A stretch of 64,000 nucleotides of DNA, taken from positions 392,142 through 456,141 of the forward strand of contig CAWJNJ010000006.1 in NCBI GenBank assembly GCA_963844245.1. The letters are read 5' to 3'. Every line of letters starts with the position of its first letter. The stretch's first letter is position 1. Source of the stretch: an uncultured Acidobacteriota bacterium. Its GTDB lineage: Bacteria > Acidobacteriota > Vicinamibacteria > Vicinamibacterales > 2-12-FULL-66-21. The notes under the pieces were generated by a model, which worked only from the letters and a program-made list of their open reading frames with translations, did no database searches and had not been told where the DNA came from. Of the stretch, positions 1 through 9,749 are shown in pieces. A program made the position numbers and the translations under genes.

Positions 1-155
1 GCGGACGCACACCGGTCGAGGCCGGTATGCACCTGATCCGTCTGCCGCGTCGGCCCGACAAAGCGCCGGCGATCCGGATCACGGTGGGTATGAAGAACGC
101 GCCCGAAGGCTGGCGCGATTACTTCTACTGGAACATGGAACTGGACGAGAGTTGA
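1..155 (+). CDS. C-terminal end of an unidentified protein (5' part lies outside the window)
   Basis: Open frame (codons from nt 3) ending at TGA 153-155: ...ITVGMKNAPEGWRDYFYWNMELDES*. No family recognised. Confidence 0.3.
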   Translation, partial: GRTPVEAGMHLIRLPRRPDKAPAIRITVGMKNAPEGWRDYFYWNMELDES

Positions 156-228
156 GCCCCGGCGGCCCCGTTTCGTCCTGCTTCCCAACGCCGCTCCCGA
201 GTCCGACCGCGCACACGCACGCATCATC

Positions 229-1254
229 ATGACATCCGCCACCCCATCCCGCATTACCGGAGTCCGTCCGCTCTGGGGCGTCGAAGGTGGCTGGCTCACG
301 ATTTCCGGCGACGGATTCACGATGGAGCCGCTGCCGGACGTCCGTATCGGCAGCGTGCCGGCGAGGATCGTGGCCGGCTCCGGACGGGAGCTCCGCGTCT
401 GTGTTCCGGGTGGTCTCGACGGGGGCAGCACGCCGGTCCGGCTTCAGAGCGTTCCCGGTGAATCGGCGCTGGTGCAGATCGGCGCGCCCCTCGCGACCGG
501 GCTGCACCTGGTCGACAACCCGGCGTTCGATCGCAACGGCAATCTCTTCGTCACCTTCAGCGGCTCGCGCGGACAACAATCGCCGGTGTCGATCTACGTC
601 GTTCGGCCCGACGGATCACGGGAGCCGTTTGTCACCGATCTGCCGAATCCCACGTCGCTGGCCTTCGATCGGCAGGGCCGGCTGCACGTGTCCAGCCGGT
701 TCGACGGCAGCGTTTACCGGATCGCCGATGACGGCTCCCCAGAGGTCGTGGCCACCGACCTTGGTGTCGCGTGCGGAATCGCGTTCGATGCTGACGGCAT
801 TCTCTTCGTCGGCGACCGGGCCGGATCGATCCTGCGCGTGGACGACGGGAAGGCGGTGGTGTTTGCAGCCGTCCCATCGAGCATCGCCGCATTTCACCTC
901 GCCTTTGGGCCTGATGGTTCGCTGTTTGTGACCGGCCCGACGCTGAACACGCGCGACGCGATCTATCGTGTGTCCCCGAACGGCATGGTGGACGTCTTCT
1001 ACGAGGGCTTCGGCCGCCCGCAGGGCATGGCTTTCGATGACGCCGGACGGCTCTACGTCGCTGACGCGATTGCCGGCGCCGGCGGACTGTATCGGTTCGC
1101 GGCGGACGGCGGTGAGCCCGAACTGCTCATCTCCGCGGGTGGGCTCGTGGGCCTCGCATTCGGACCGGGCGGAACCCTGGCGGTGGCCTCTGCCGACACG
1201 GTCTATCGGCTGGACGCCGGCATCGGCGGGCTGTTACCCTTCACGCGCCCATGA
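229..1254 (+). CDS. IPT/TIG-like domain plus NHL/SMP-30-like beta-propeller repeat protein
   Basis: 341-aa ORF. N-terminus ITGVRP..WLTISGDGF is IPT-like. It is followed by repeated blades (AFDRQGRLHVS, AFDADGILFVGD, AFGPDGSLFVTG, AFDDAGRLYVAD). The stop overlaps the next start (ATGA at 1251-1254). Confidence 0.6.
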   Translation: MTSATPSRITGVRPLWGVEGGWLTISGDGFTMEPLPDVRIGSVPARIVAGSGRELRVCVPGGLDGGSTPVRLQSVPGESALVQIGAPLATGLHLVDNPAFDRNGNLFVTFSGSRGQQSPVSIYVVRPDGSREPFVTDLPNPTSLAFDRQGRLHVSSRFDGSVYRIADDGSPEVVATDLGVACGIAFDADGILFVGDRAGSILRVDDGKAVVFAAVPSSIAAFHLAFGPDGSLFVTGPTLNTRDAIYRVSPNGMVDVFYEGFGRPQGMAFDDAGRLYVADAIAGAGGLYRFAADGGEPELLISAGGLVGLAFGPGGTLAVASADTVYRLDAGIGGLLPFTRP

Positions 1255-2726
1255 ACCAACTTTTCCGACGAAAAGCCATTTCCGATCTCCTGCCGGACAC
1301 GCCTGGTGGTTTAAAACGCGAACTCGGGGCCGGCGACCTGATCATGCTCGCCATCGGCGCCGTCATCGGCGCGGGTATCTTCTCGTCGATCGGCACCGCG
1401 GCGGCCGGCGAGGTTCTGCCGACCGGAGAAGTCGTTCGCTACGGCGCGGGTCCCGCGCTCATCTTCTCGTTCATCCTGCTCGGGATCGTGTGCGGTCTCG
1501 CGGGCCTGTGCTACGCGGAACTGGCGTCGATGATTCCGCAGGCGGGCAGCGCCTACGCCTATTCCTACGCAACCCTGGGCGAGTTGATCGCCTGGATCAT
1601 CGGCTGGGACCTGATCCTCGAGTACGCCGTCGGCAACATCGCGGTTGCGATCGCCTGGAGTGGTTACTTCACTTCGCTGCTGAGTGGATTCGGGATCAAC
1701 CTGCCGGACTATCTCACTCACGGGTACCGGACGGCTTTGTTGAGCTCTAATCCGGCCGTCCATGCCTTGCTCGATACGGCGCCGCGGATTGCCGGCATCC
1801 CGATCCTGCTCAATCTGCCCGCAGCGGCCATCGTCCTCGCGGTTACCGCGTTGCTCTACATCGGCGTCCGCGAGAGCGCGCGCGCGAACAACGTCATGGT
1901 CGTCATCAAGCTGCTCGTGCTGGCGGTCTTCGTCGGGCTGGGCGCGATGCACATCGACACGGCCAACTATGTGCCGTTTGCCCCCAATGGCTGGACCGGG
2001 ATTCACCAGGGAGCGGCGATCGTCTTCTTTGCTTACATCGGCTTCGACGCCATATCGACGGCCGCGGAAGAAACGAAGAATCCTCAGCGCAACATGCCGA
2101 TCGGCATTCTTGGCGGCCTGGCCATCTGCACAGTTATTTACGTGATCGTCGGAATCGTCGCAACGGGCTTGGTTCCCTACCAGGAGCTGAAGGCCGCTGA
2201 TCCGCTGGCGCGGGCCCTCGAAGTTGCCGGCCTGCCGCTGGCGAGCGTGTTCGTCGCCTTCGGAGCGGTGGTGTCGCTCACGGCCGTTCTGCTGGTCTTC
2301 CAGTATGGCCAGCCGAGGATCTTTCTCGCGATGGCGCGCGACGGGCTCCTCCCGAAGTGGGCCTCGACGATCCATCCCAAGTATCGGACGCCGCACATCA
2401 CGACGGTGCTCACCGGTGTGATCGTCGCGCTCGGCGCGCTCGTCGCCGACGAAAACGAGATTTACGACCTCACGAACATCGGGACCCTGTTTGCCTTCGC
2501 GATCGTCTGCATCGGTGTCCTCGTGCTGCGCTACAAGGAACCGGACCGTCCGCGGCCCTTCCGCGTGCCGTTTGTGTGGGGCGTCAGTCTCGCGGGCGCG
2601 GCGGCGTGCATCTACACGATGAAGGGCCTCCCGACCCACGCCTGGGAGCGCTTTGGGATCTGGCTGATCGTTGGAATTGCCTTCTATTTCCTCTACGGGT
2701 ATCGCCGCAGCAAGCTCCGCTCATAA
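1251..2726 (+). CDS. APC-superfamily amino acid permease
   Basis: 491-aa ORF with about 12 hydrophobic segments. N-terminal [26 protein letters not shown] signature and [15 protein letters not shown] motif are typical of amino acid/polyamine permeases. Confidence 0.85.
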   Translation: MNQLFRRKAISDLLPDTPGGLKRELGAGDLIMLAIGAVIGAGIFSSIGTAAAGEVLPTGEVVRYGAGPALIFSFILLGIVCGLAGLCYAELASMIPQAGSAYAYSYATLGELIAWIIGWDLILEYAVGNIAVAIAWSGYFTSLLSGFGINLPDYLTHGYRTALLSSNPAVHALLDTAPRIAGIPILLNLPAAAIVLAVTALLYIGVRESARANNVMVVIKLLVLAVFVGLGAMHIDTANYVPFAPNGWTGIHQGAAIVFFAYIGFDAISTAAEETKNPQRNMPIGILGGLAICTVIYVIVGIVATGLVPYQELKAADPLARALEVAGLPLASVFVAFGAVVSLTAVLLVFQYGQPRIFLAMARDGLLPKWASTIHPKYRTPHITTVLTGVIVALGALVADENEIYDLTNIGTLFAFAIVCIGVLVLRYKEPDRPRPFRVPFVWGVSLAGAAACIYTMKGLPTHAWERFGIWLIVGIAFYFLYGYRRSKLRS

Positions 2727-2740
2727 GAAAAAGATCCTCG

Positions 2741-2772
2741 AGCCGTGGTGGGCCTGCAAGGCTGCCACGGCT
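2741..2772 (+). terminator. GC-rich stem-loop downstream of the permease gene (no U-tract)
   Basis: AGCCGTGG (2741-2748) pairs with CCACGGCT (2765-2772), with an inner GGCCT/AGGCT helix. It starts 15 nt after the permease stop. The lack of a T-run makes intrinsic termination uncertain. Confidence 0.35.
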
Positions 2773-2867
2773 GAGTCGCCCTCCGATCTGGCTCGCTCAT
2801 CAGTTCGCGCAGTTCCGCGTGGTAAAATCGCTGTTTTGCTGATCTCGGAAATTCCTCACCACTAAAC

Positions 2868-5825
2868 ATGGCGCACGACTGGATCGCGGTCCGCGGGGCT
2901 CGCGTCCACAACCTCAAGAATGTGGATGTCGACATCCCACGCGACAAGCTCGTCGTTCTGACGGGTCTGTCGGGTTCGGGAAAGTCGTCGCTTGCCTTCG
3001 ACACGATCTACGCCGAGGGCCAGCGGCGTTATGTCGAATCGCTGTCGTCGTACGCGCGCCAGTTTCTCGAGCAGATGGAGAAACCGGACGTCGACCTGAT
3101 CGACGGCCTGTCGCCCGCGATCGCCATCGAACAGAAGACCACGGGGTCCAATCCGAGATCGACGGTCGGGACCGTCACCGAGATCTACGATTACCTGCGG
3201 CTGCTCTTTGCCAACATCGGTGTGCCGCACTGTCACCTGTGCGGACGCGAGATCGCCTCGCAGTCGCTCGAGCGGATCGTCGACATGGTGATGCTCGCAC
3301 CGAACGACGAACGCGTGAACGTGCTGGCCCCGATCGTCCGCGGTCGCAAGGGTGAGTTCAAGAAGGAGCTCGCCGGGCTGCGGGCGAAGGGCTTTACCAA
3401 GGTCCGCGTCGATGGCCAGATGCGCTCGCTCGACGAAGACCTGAAGCTCGATCGCCGTCGAAACCATACGATCGAGATCGTTGTCGATCGACTGGTGATC
3501 AAGAGCGGCGTCGAACGGCGGTTGGCCGAGTCGGTCGAGATCGCCCTCAACCTCGCCGAAGACATCGTCATCATCAACACGCTCGATGGCGGCGACCGGC
3601 TGTTTTCGCGACGCCTGGCGTGCACCTTCTGCGGCGTGAGCATGCCCGAGATGACGCCGCGCGCATTCTCGTTCAACTCGCCCCATGGCGCCTGCCAGGA
3701 GTGCCAGGGTCTCGGGGCTGTTTACGACTTCGATCCGGGCAGGCTCGTGCCTGACGAGTCGCTGACGCTGCAGGACGGCGCGATTGCGCCATGGGCCAAA
3801 GGCGACCGCAAGCTGGTGCGCGAAGCGCTCGCCGCGCTGGGCCGCACGTTCGGGATCGACCTCACGCTGCCCTTCAGCCGACTGCCACGAAAGCTTCGCG
3901 ACCTCGTGTTCTTTGGTGCCCCTGCCGCGAAGCGTGAGAGCCCGGCAGCGGCGCGCCCGGAGCGGAGCGCGAGCGAGCGCAGGGCGCCAGGCGGGGCGCA
4001 GGGGGCCCCGCCGAAGAAAAATGACCCGTTTGGCGCCGGCTTCGAGGGTCTGATTCCCAACCTGCGGCGTCGCTATGAGGAGGGCACCTGGGCGGACCAG
4101 GAGGACCTCGAACCCTATCGCTCGTTGCGCCCGTGCCCGACCTGCAGCGGCGAGCGGCTGAAGCCGCAGAGTCTCGCGGTCCGGGTCAAGGGACGCACCA
4201 TCTCCGAGTACGTCAACCTTGCGATCAGTGAAGCTGTCCATGTCTTCGACAGCATCGAGCTCACCGACCGCGAGACGCTGATCGCCAGCCGCATCATGCG
4301 CGAGATCCGCGACCGCATCCACTTTTTGGACGATGTGGGCGTCGGGTATCTGAGCCTGGCACGGAGCGCCGCTACGCTCTCTGGCGGTGAGGGACAGCGC
4401 ATCCGTCTCGCGACGCAGATCGGTTCGAACCTCACCGGCGTGTTGTATGTGCTGGACGAACCGTCGATCGGGCTGCATCAGCGTGACAACCGTGCCTTGC
4501 TCGCGACGCTGGCCCGGCTCCGGGATCTGGGCAACACCGTCCTGGTCGTCGAACACGATGAGGAAACGATCCGGACGGCGGACTACGTCGTCGATCTTGG
4601 GCCCGGCGCGGGCGAGCACGGTGGCGAATTGATTTTCCAGGGGCCGCCCGCTGGCCTGCTGGCGAACGGACATGGTTCCCTGACGGGCGCCTATCTGCGT
4701 GGTGACAAGAGCATCCAGACGCCCGGCAGCCGCCGCAAGCCGACCCGCGGTGAGATCGTGATTCGCGGCGCGCGCGCGAACAACCTGAAGGATGTGGACG
4801 TTTCGATTCCGCTCGGTCTTCTGACCACGGTGACGGGCGTCAGCGGATCGGGAAAGTCCACGCTGATCAACGAGATCCTCTACCGCTCGCTCGCTCGCAC
4901 CTTCTTCCGCGCCGGCGACGAGCCGGGTGCACATTCCGGGATCGAAGGCATCGACCAGCTCGACAAGGTGATCCAGATCGATCAGTCACCCATCGGGCGT
5001 ACGCCTCGGTCAAACCCGGCGACTTATACGGGACTGTTCACGTTCATCCGCGACCTGTTCGCGATGCTGCCCGACGCAAAGGCGCGAGGGTTCCGGCCGG
5101 GTCGCTTCTCGTTCAACGTGAAAGGCGGCCGGTGCGAGGCCTGCCAGGGTGACGGCGTCATCGCGATCGAGATGCACTTCCTGCCGAACGTCTACGTCAC
5201 CTGCGAACAGTGCAAGGGCCGCCGCTACAATCGCGAGACGCTCGAGATCCAGTACCGCGGCAAGTCGATCGCCGATGTTCTCGATCTCACCATCGACCAG
5301 GCGTTGCCGCTGCTCGAGAACTTCCCGCCGATCGCCAACAAGCTCCGGACGCTGCAGGACGTCGGCCTTGGCTATCTGCAGCTCGGCCAGTCGGCAACGA
5401 CGTTGAGCGGCGGTGAAGCACAACGCGTAAAGCTGTCGAAAGAGCTGTCACGCCGGGGCACGGGCCGCACGCTCTACATTCTCGACGAGCCGACGACAGG
5501 GCTTCATTTCGCCGACACGCACAAGCTGCTCGACGTCCTGAACAAGCTCGTGGAGCAGGGCAACACCGTCGTGATCATCGAGCACAACCTCGACGTGATC
5601 AAGTCGGCGGACTACGTGATCGACCTCGGGCCAGAGGGCGGCGCCGGGGGCGGCAGGATTATCGCGACAGGGACTCCTGAGAAAGTAGCAATGAGCCGAG
5701 AATCCTTTACGGGGCGTTTCCTCGCCGAGGTTCTCGGAGCCCAGGGTGAGGTCAATGCCTCCGAAACAGCCAGCCTGCCGGCGGTGGTTCCGACTGCGGG
5801 CAAGAGGCGACGCAAACATGCGTGA
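2868..5825 (+). CDS. uvrA: Excinuclease ABC subunit A
   Basis: 985-aa ORF. Two ABC modules are present ([14 protein letters not shown] / [12 protein letters not shown]; [12 protein letters not shown] / [12 protein letters not shown]), plus the CxxC zinc modules typical of UvrA. Confidence 0.97.
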   Translation: MAHDWIAVRGARVHNLKNVDVDIPRDKLVVLTGLSGSGKSSLAFDTIYAEGQRRYVESLSSYARQFLEQMEKPDVDLIDGLSPAIAIEQKTTGSNPRSTVGTVTEIYDYLRLLFANIGVPHCHLCGREIASQSLERIVDMVMLAPNDERVNVLAPIVRGRKGEFKKELAGLRAKGFTKVRVDGQMRSLDEDLKLDRRRNHTIEIVVDRLVIKSGVERRLAESVEIALNLAEDIVIINTLDGGDRLFSRRLACTFCGVSMPEMTPRAFSFNSPHGACQECQGLGAVYDFDPGRLVPDESLTLQDGAIAPWAKGDRKLVREALAALGRTFGIDLTLPFSRLPRKLRDLVFFGAPAAKRESPAAARPERSASERRAPGGAQGAPPKKNDPFGAGFEGLIPNLRRRYEEGTWADQEDLEPYRSLRPCPTCSGERLKPQSLAVRVKGRTISEYVNLAISEAVHVFDSIELTDRETLIASRIMREIRDRIHFLDDVGVGYLSLARSAATLSGGEGQRIRLATQIGSNLTGVLYVLDEPSIGLHQRDNRALLATLARLRDLGNTVLVVEHDEETIRTADYVVDLGPGAGEHGGELIFQGPPAGLLANGHGSLTGAYLRGDKSIQTPGSRRKPTRGEIVIRGARANNLKDVDVSIPLGLLTTVTGVSGSGKSTLINEILYRSLARTFFRAGDEPGAHSGIEGIDQLDKVIQIDQSPIGRTPRSNPATYTGLFTFIRDLFAMLPDAKARGFRPGRFSFNVKGGRCEACQGDGVIAIEMHFLPNVYVTCEQCKGRRYNRETLEIQYRGKSIADVLDLTIDQALPLLENFPPIANKLRTLQDVGLGYLQLGQSATTLSGGEAQRVKLSKELSRRGTGRTLYILDEPTTGLHFADTHKLLDVLNKLVEQGNTVVIIEHNLDVIKSADYVIDLGPEGGAGGGRIIATGTPEKVAMSRESFTGRFLAEVLGAQGEVNASETASLPAVVPTAGKRRRKHA

Positions 5826-6032
5826 CACCGGCATCGGCAGCAACCTGGGAGGTGGTATGTCTTCATCAGGCACACACAAGCTGCTGTGGTTCATCAGCCA
5901 CACTTTTGGCTTTCAAAGCTGTGGCTCGCAAGCCACAACCGCGCCGAAGTCGACCGATGGTCAGTCTGGATGCCATAAGCTAAGGCATTCGGGTACAATG
6001 ACTTACACCACATTTTTCGCCGCGCAAAAGTA

Positions 6033-6048
6033 TGGCAGAGGCTTTGCT
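6033..6048 (+). promoter_or_regulatory. Sigma-54-type -24/-12 motif match upstream of lpxC
   Basis: TGGCAG-aggct-TTGCT has GG (6034-6035) and GC (6046-6047) 12 nt apart, matching TGGCAC-N5-TTGCW. It lies 39 nt upstream of the lpxC ATG. This is a motif match only. Confidence 0.25.
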
Positions 6049-6086
6049 GAGCTCGGGGTGGTTCCCCAAGTTCGCCTAGAGAGGCC

Positions 6087-7004
6087 ATGAACGCTCAGCG
6101 CACCCTTCGCCGCCACGTCTCCTGCACCGGGATCGGACTTCATTCCGGCAACAAGGTCACTCTTTCACTGAAGCCGGCCCCGGCTGATTACGGCATCCGT
6201 TTTCACCGCACCGACCTCGGCGTCGAGATACCTGCGACCATCACACACCTCGGCGGCATGCAGCAGTATCAGACCGGCCTGGCCCGCGAGGCGGTCTCGG
6301 TCGAGACCGTCGAGCACCTGCTGGCCGCGCTCAGCGCCCTTCGGATCGACAACGCGATTGTCGAAGTCAACCACCCCGAAGTGCCGATCATGGACGGCAG
6401 CGCCGCTCCGTGGGTGCATCTGATCCTGAACGAGGCGGGTGTCAAGCAATTGTCCGCGCCGCGCCGGTACCTCAAGGTCCTGCGCCCGATTTCGCTGGCC
6501 CAGGGCGACAAGCGCATCTCCCTGTATCCCGCGGATCATCTCAAGGTCACCTACAGCATCAGCTTCGATCATCCGCTCCTGCGTCACCAGTCGCGGACGA
6601 TGAAGATCACAGAAGAGAGCTTCGTCGAAGATATTGCTCCGGCGCGCACCTTCGGTTTCCTCAAGGAAGTCGAGATGCTGCGTCAGCGCGGCCTCGCCCT
6701 GGGCGGGTCGCTCGACAACGCCATCGTTCTCGGCGAGACGGGCGTTCTGAACAACACGCTCCGCTTCGAGGACGAGTTCGTGCGTCACAAGATCCTCGAC
6801 GCGATCGGCGACCTGTCGCTCGTGGGTCACCCGGTGATCGGTCACCTGGTGGCGCACCGTGGCGGCCACGCGTTGCACACGGCATTCGCCGCCAAGATCC
6901 TGGAAGAGCGGGATGCGTGGAAGCTGGTGGAAGCGCCCGTGGACGCCGAGGTCACCCGGCCAGTGGGATCCCGGGTTGGTGCGACGGCCCGTCTGGCGAA
7001 CTAG
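6087..7004 (+). CDS. lpxC: UDP-3-O-acyl-N-acetylglucosamine deacetylase
   Basis: 305-aa ORF with LpxC hallmarks GIGLHSG, VEHLLAAL, HKILDAIGDL and HRGGHALH. SD-like AGAGAGG lies upstream. Confidence 0.95.
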   Translation: MNAQRTLRRHVSCTGIGLHSGNKVTLSLKPAPADYGIRFHRTDLGVEIPATITHLGGMQQYQTGLAREAVSVETVEHLLAALSALRIDNAIVEVNHPEVPIMDGSAAPWVHLILNEAGVKQLSAPRRYLKVLRPISLAQGDKRISLYPADHLKVTYSISFDHPLLRHQSRTMKITEESFVEDIAPARTFGFLKEVEMLRQRGLALGGSLDNAIVLGETGVLNNTLRFEDEFVRHKILDAIGDLSLVGHPVIGHLVAHRGGHALHTAFAAKILEERDAWKLVEAPVDAEVTRPVGSRVGATARLAN

Positions 7005-7126
7005 ATCACCACGAGCGTCCTGGTCGTCGTCGGGGATCCGCAGGCCTCGCACCAGTCGATCCCCTCAGAGACCAGATCGCACTTCAGCGCGTAGCGCCCC
7101 GGCCTCGCCGGCGGCGTGATGATCAT
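7001..7126 (-). CDS. Candidate unannotated small ORF (41 aa, three Cys)
   Basis: ATG 7126 to TAG 7001 encodes MIITPPARPGRYALKCDLVSEGIDWCEACGSPTTTRTLVVI. 38 of 41 third codon positions are G/C, which is the coding signature of this genome. It starts 17 nt after the stop of the 99-aa gene on the same strand. The RBS is weak and it falls below the ORF-track length cut-off. Confidence 0.4.
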   Translation of the reverse strand: MIITPPARPGRYALKCDLVSEGIDWCEACGSPTTTRTLVVI

Positions 7127-7143
7127 CTCCACATCAGCGGCTG

Positions 7144-7443
7144 CTACTTGTCGATCGTCGATTCGTCCGAGACCGGTTCGGTCTTCGCGAGCCGCTTCAT
7201 GTAGGCGGCCAGCCGCTCGTTCTCGTAGGAGACAAAGTTCAGGAACAGGCTCTCGGACAGGTACTGCCGGCGTTCGTCGTCGGTCAGTTGCTCGATCACG
7301 TTCTGGATTTCACGGGACGTGTCCTCGAACGAATAATCCAGATCTGACTTGGCGTTCAGTTCCTTGTACAGCGTCTCGAGAACAGTCAGCAGATCGCCGT
7401 CGATCGCGACATCGGCCCCGCTGGTCAGCTTTACATTGCGCAT
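7144..7443 (-). CDS. Hypothetical small acidic, predicted-helical protein (99 aa), third gene of the ECF-STAS operon
   Basis: ORF starts 3 nt after the STAS gene stop. No family recognised. Confidence 0.6.
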   Translation of the reverse strand: MRNVKLTSGADVAIDGDLLTVLETLYKELNAKSDLDYSFEDTSREIQNVIEQLTDDERRQYLSESLFLNFVSYENERLAAYMKRLAKTEPVSDESTIDK

Positions 7444-7446
7444 GGG

Positions 7447-7788
7447 CTACGCTCCGAAGCTTTTGACGGCGCTCGGCTCGTCGGGGTGTACCTCGATAAA
7501 GTTCTGCGCCCCGGTCATCGTCAGCATCGTCTCGACTCGCTTCTGCACCCCGGCGAGCTTGAGGGCGCCGCCAGCGGCGCTGGCCTGGCGGTAGAGATCC
7601 ATCAGGCAGCCGATCGTGGCGCTGTCGACGTAGCCGACCTCGCTCAAGTCGACGACCAGCTTCTTCTCGCCCGCGGCGAGCAGTTGTGTCACGACCGTGG
7701 AGAACTCGGACAGGAGCGGGTACATCAACCGCGACTCGCCGACGCGAACGATGGAGACGCCGTTGGCTTGTTCGGTGCTCAGGTTCAT
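7447..7788 (-). CDS. STAS-domain anti-sigma-factor antagonist (SpoIIAA/RsbV-like)
   Basis: 113-aa ORF. KLVVDLSEVGYVDSATIGCLMDL matches the STAS phospho-Ser loop (DSxxxG). It starts 2 nt after the sigma gene stop. Confidence 0.85.
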   Translation of the reverse strand: MNLSTEQANGVSIVRVGESRLMYPLLSEFSTVVTQLLAAGEKKLVVDLSEVGYVDSATIGCLMDLYRQASAAGGALKLAGVQKRVETMLTMTGAQNFIEVHPDEPSAVKSFGA

Positions 7789-7790
7789 TC

Positions 7791-8435
7791 CTACACTCCG
7801 GAACGCCGGCTACGCGGCCGCGAGGGAACCCCGCGAAGGCGTTGCGCCGACTGTTTATCCTGCTGACGTTTCAGTTGCCGCGCCAGTTCGATGCGGCCGC
7901 GATTTATCCGTGACTTGACCGTGCCCTCGGGCAGCTCGAGTTTCTCCGCGATCTCCTGGTACGAGAGCTCCTGCAAGTCGCGAAGGACGACCGCGGTCCG
8001 CAGCGTCACCGGCAGCGCCTGCAGCGCATCCCGCAGCGTGGCGCGGAGGTCCTGGTGTTCAGCCGCGGCGTATGGCGTGCGGTCGCTCGATGCCGGCTGC
8101 AGGTCGGCGGTGTCGACTTCGCGCGCAATCGTCTGCCGCTCCTTCCGGACGCTGCGGTAGTGGTCGATGCAGAGGTTCCGGCTGATGCTGACGATCCAGG
8201 TCTGGAAATTGGCCCGCCGGTCGAAGGTGGCGAGTGCCTTGAAGATCTTGATGAAGATGTCCTGCGTGAGGTCTTCGGCCTCTTCGTGCTTGCCGACGAA
8301 CTTGTAGGCGACGTTGAACACCTTGCGCCAGTTCTGCCGGACAATCTGCTCCCACGCGACCTGGTCGCCCTTGAGACACTGCTCGATCAAGCGGTCGGGC
8401 GTCGCCGGCTGTGCGGCGGGTGAGTCAACGGACAT
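7791..8435 (-). CDS. ECF-type RNA polymerase sigma-70 family factor
   Basis: Region 2 (EDLTQDIFIKIFKAL..FQTWIVSISRNLCIDHYR) and region 4 (LRDLQELSYQEIAEKLELPEGTVKSRINRGR) are present. There is no region 3. Confidence 0.9.
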   Translation of the reverse strand: MSVDSPAAQPATPDRLIEQCLKGDQVAWEQIVRQNWRKVFNVAYKFVGKHEEAEDLTQDIFIKIFKALATFDRRANFQTWIVSISRNLCIDHYRSVRKERQTIAREVDTADLQPASSDRTPYAAAEHQDLRATLRDALQALPVTLRTAVVLRDLQELSYQEIAEKLELPEGTVKSRINRGRIELARQLKRQQDKQSAQRLRGVPSRPRSRRSGV

Positions 8436-8471
8436 GCGTCATCTGACTGAAATCAGGCGGGAAACACCGGA

Positions 8472-9749
8472 ATGATATCAGATAAGATTGGCGGATTCAT
8501 CGTGACGCTCACCGGATTCCATAGACAAGGAGGCGCGCTCGTTTGCGACGAGGTGCCCCTTCGAGACATCGCCGCGGCAGAAGGCACGCCGCTCTACGTT
8601 TACAGCGCGAACGTTATCGCCGAGCGGTTCACGGCAATCGCCGAGGCGTTCGCCTCCTACCCGCACTCGCTGCACTACGCGCTGAAAGCCAACTCGACAC
8701 TGGCGATCGCCCGGCTGCTGCGCAGTCTCGGCGCAGGAGCGGACGCAAACTCGGGCGGCGAGATTGACGTCGCCCTGCGCGCCGGCTTCATTCCGGCGCA
8801 GATCGTCTTCACCGGCGTTGGCAAAACACAGGCAGAGCTCGCGCAGGCGATCGACCTGGGCGTGATGACCATCAACGCCGAGTCGGCCGGCGAGATCGAG
8901 CGCATCGATGCGCTCGCCATCGCTCGCCAGGTTCGCGCCAGAATCGCGTTGCGGGTGAATCCCGACATCGACGCCAAAAGCCATCCCCACATTTCCACCG
9001 GGCTGAAGACGAACAAATTCGGCGTGCCGATCGATGCCGTCACCGAATTGTGCAGACGCTTTGCAAACGCCGCCGGCGTTGAGATCGTGGGCTTGCACAT
9101 CCACCTGGGATCGCAGATGACCGAGCTTGGGCCGCTGCGCAAAGCGTCCGAGGCGATCGTGGCGCTGTCGCGCGAGCTGCGAAACCTGGGCGTCTTCATC
9201 GACCACGTCGATCTCGGCGGCGGTCTCGGCATCTCGTACGACGGCTCGCCCGTGCCGACCGCGAAGGAGTATGCCGAGGCGCTGCTACCCGCGGTACGTG
9301 ACTCGGGACTCAAGCTGATCCTCGAACCAGGACGGAACATCATTGCGCCGGCCGGCGTGCTGCTCTCGCGCGTCATCGACGTCAAACCGCAGGGCGGCGG
9401 CCGCCAGTTCGTGATCCTCGATGCCGGCATGACGGAACTGATTCGTCCGATGCTCTACAACGCTTTCCATCGCATCGAGCATGTCGAGAACATGGATCGT
9501 CCGTCAGCCGATTGCGACATCGTCGGGCCGCTCTGCGAGAGCAGCGACACCCTTGGAAAGAACCGCGTCGTGGCGCAGCCCGAAGTCGGCGACCTGATGG
9601 CGGTCCTCGACACGGGCGCCTACGGTGCCGTCATGGCCTCCAACTACAATCGCCGGCTGATGCCGGCCGAAGTGCTGGTGGATGGCGCGCGTTGGACCGT
9701 GATTCGCCGCCGGCAGACCATCGACGACCTGCTCGCGCTCGAAGCATGA
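8472..9749 (+). CDS. lysA: Diaminopimelate decarboxylase
   Basis: 425-aa ORF. Motifs GTPLYVYS, HYALKAN (PLP Lys), DLGGGLGI and GPLCESSD fit an Orn/DAP/Arg decarboxylase fold. An alternative GTG start exists at 8505. Confidence 0.92.
   Translation: MISDKIGGFIVTLTGFHRQGGALVCDEVPLRDIAAAEGTPLYVYSANVIAERFTAIAEAFASYPHSLHYALKANSTLAIARLLRSLGAGADANSGGEIDVALRAGFIPAQIVFTGVGKTQAELAQAIDLGVMTINAESAGEIERIDALAIARQVRARIALRVNPDIDAKSHPHISTGLKTNKFGVPIDAVTELCRRFANAAGVEIVGLHIHLGSQMTELGPLRKASEAIVALSRELRNLGVFIDHVDLGGGLGISYDGSPVPTAKEYAEALLPAVRDSGLKLILEPGRNIIAPAGVLLSRVIDVKPQGGGRQFVILDAGMTELIRPMLYNAFHRIEHVENMDRPSADCDIVGPLCESSDTLGKNRVVAQPEVGDLMAVLDTGAYGAVMASNYNRRLMPAEVLVDGARWTVIRRRQTIDDLLALEA

Noticed and set aside
2801-2818. 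The direct repeat CAGTTCGCG-CAGTTCCGC just upstream of a TAAAAT hexamer in front of uvrA, as a possible LexA (SOS) box of the GTTC-N7-GTTC type.
   Set aside because: The two GTTC tetramers are separated by 5 nt, not 7, and I cannot verify any alternative LexA consensus for this lineage. It is kept only as an unexplained direct repeat.
2862-4934. A 690-aa ORF antisense to uvrA, and many similar long antisense or out-of-frame ORFs in the track (e.g. 1311-2639, 6165-7052, 12180-13373, 18395-19222, 25506-26609, 34666-35904, 45262-46269, 46957-47913).
   Set aside because: They lie opposite or out of frame to genes with unambiguous family signatures, and they translate to Arg/Ala/Gly/Pro-rich low-complexity sequence. 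This is typical of stop-codon-poor GC-rich DNA, so I do not consider them real genes.
5746-6090. 114-aa and 64-aa ORFs in the uvrA-lpxC spacer.
   Set aside because: Their third-codon positions are roughly half A/T, which is unlike real genes here. I treat the region as non-coding and structured.
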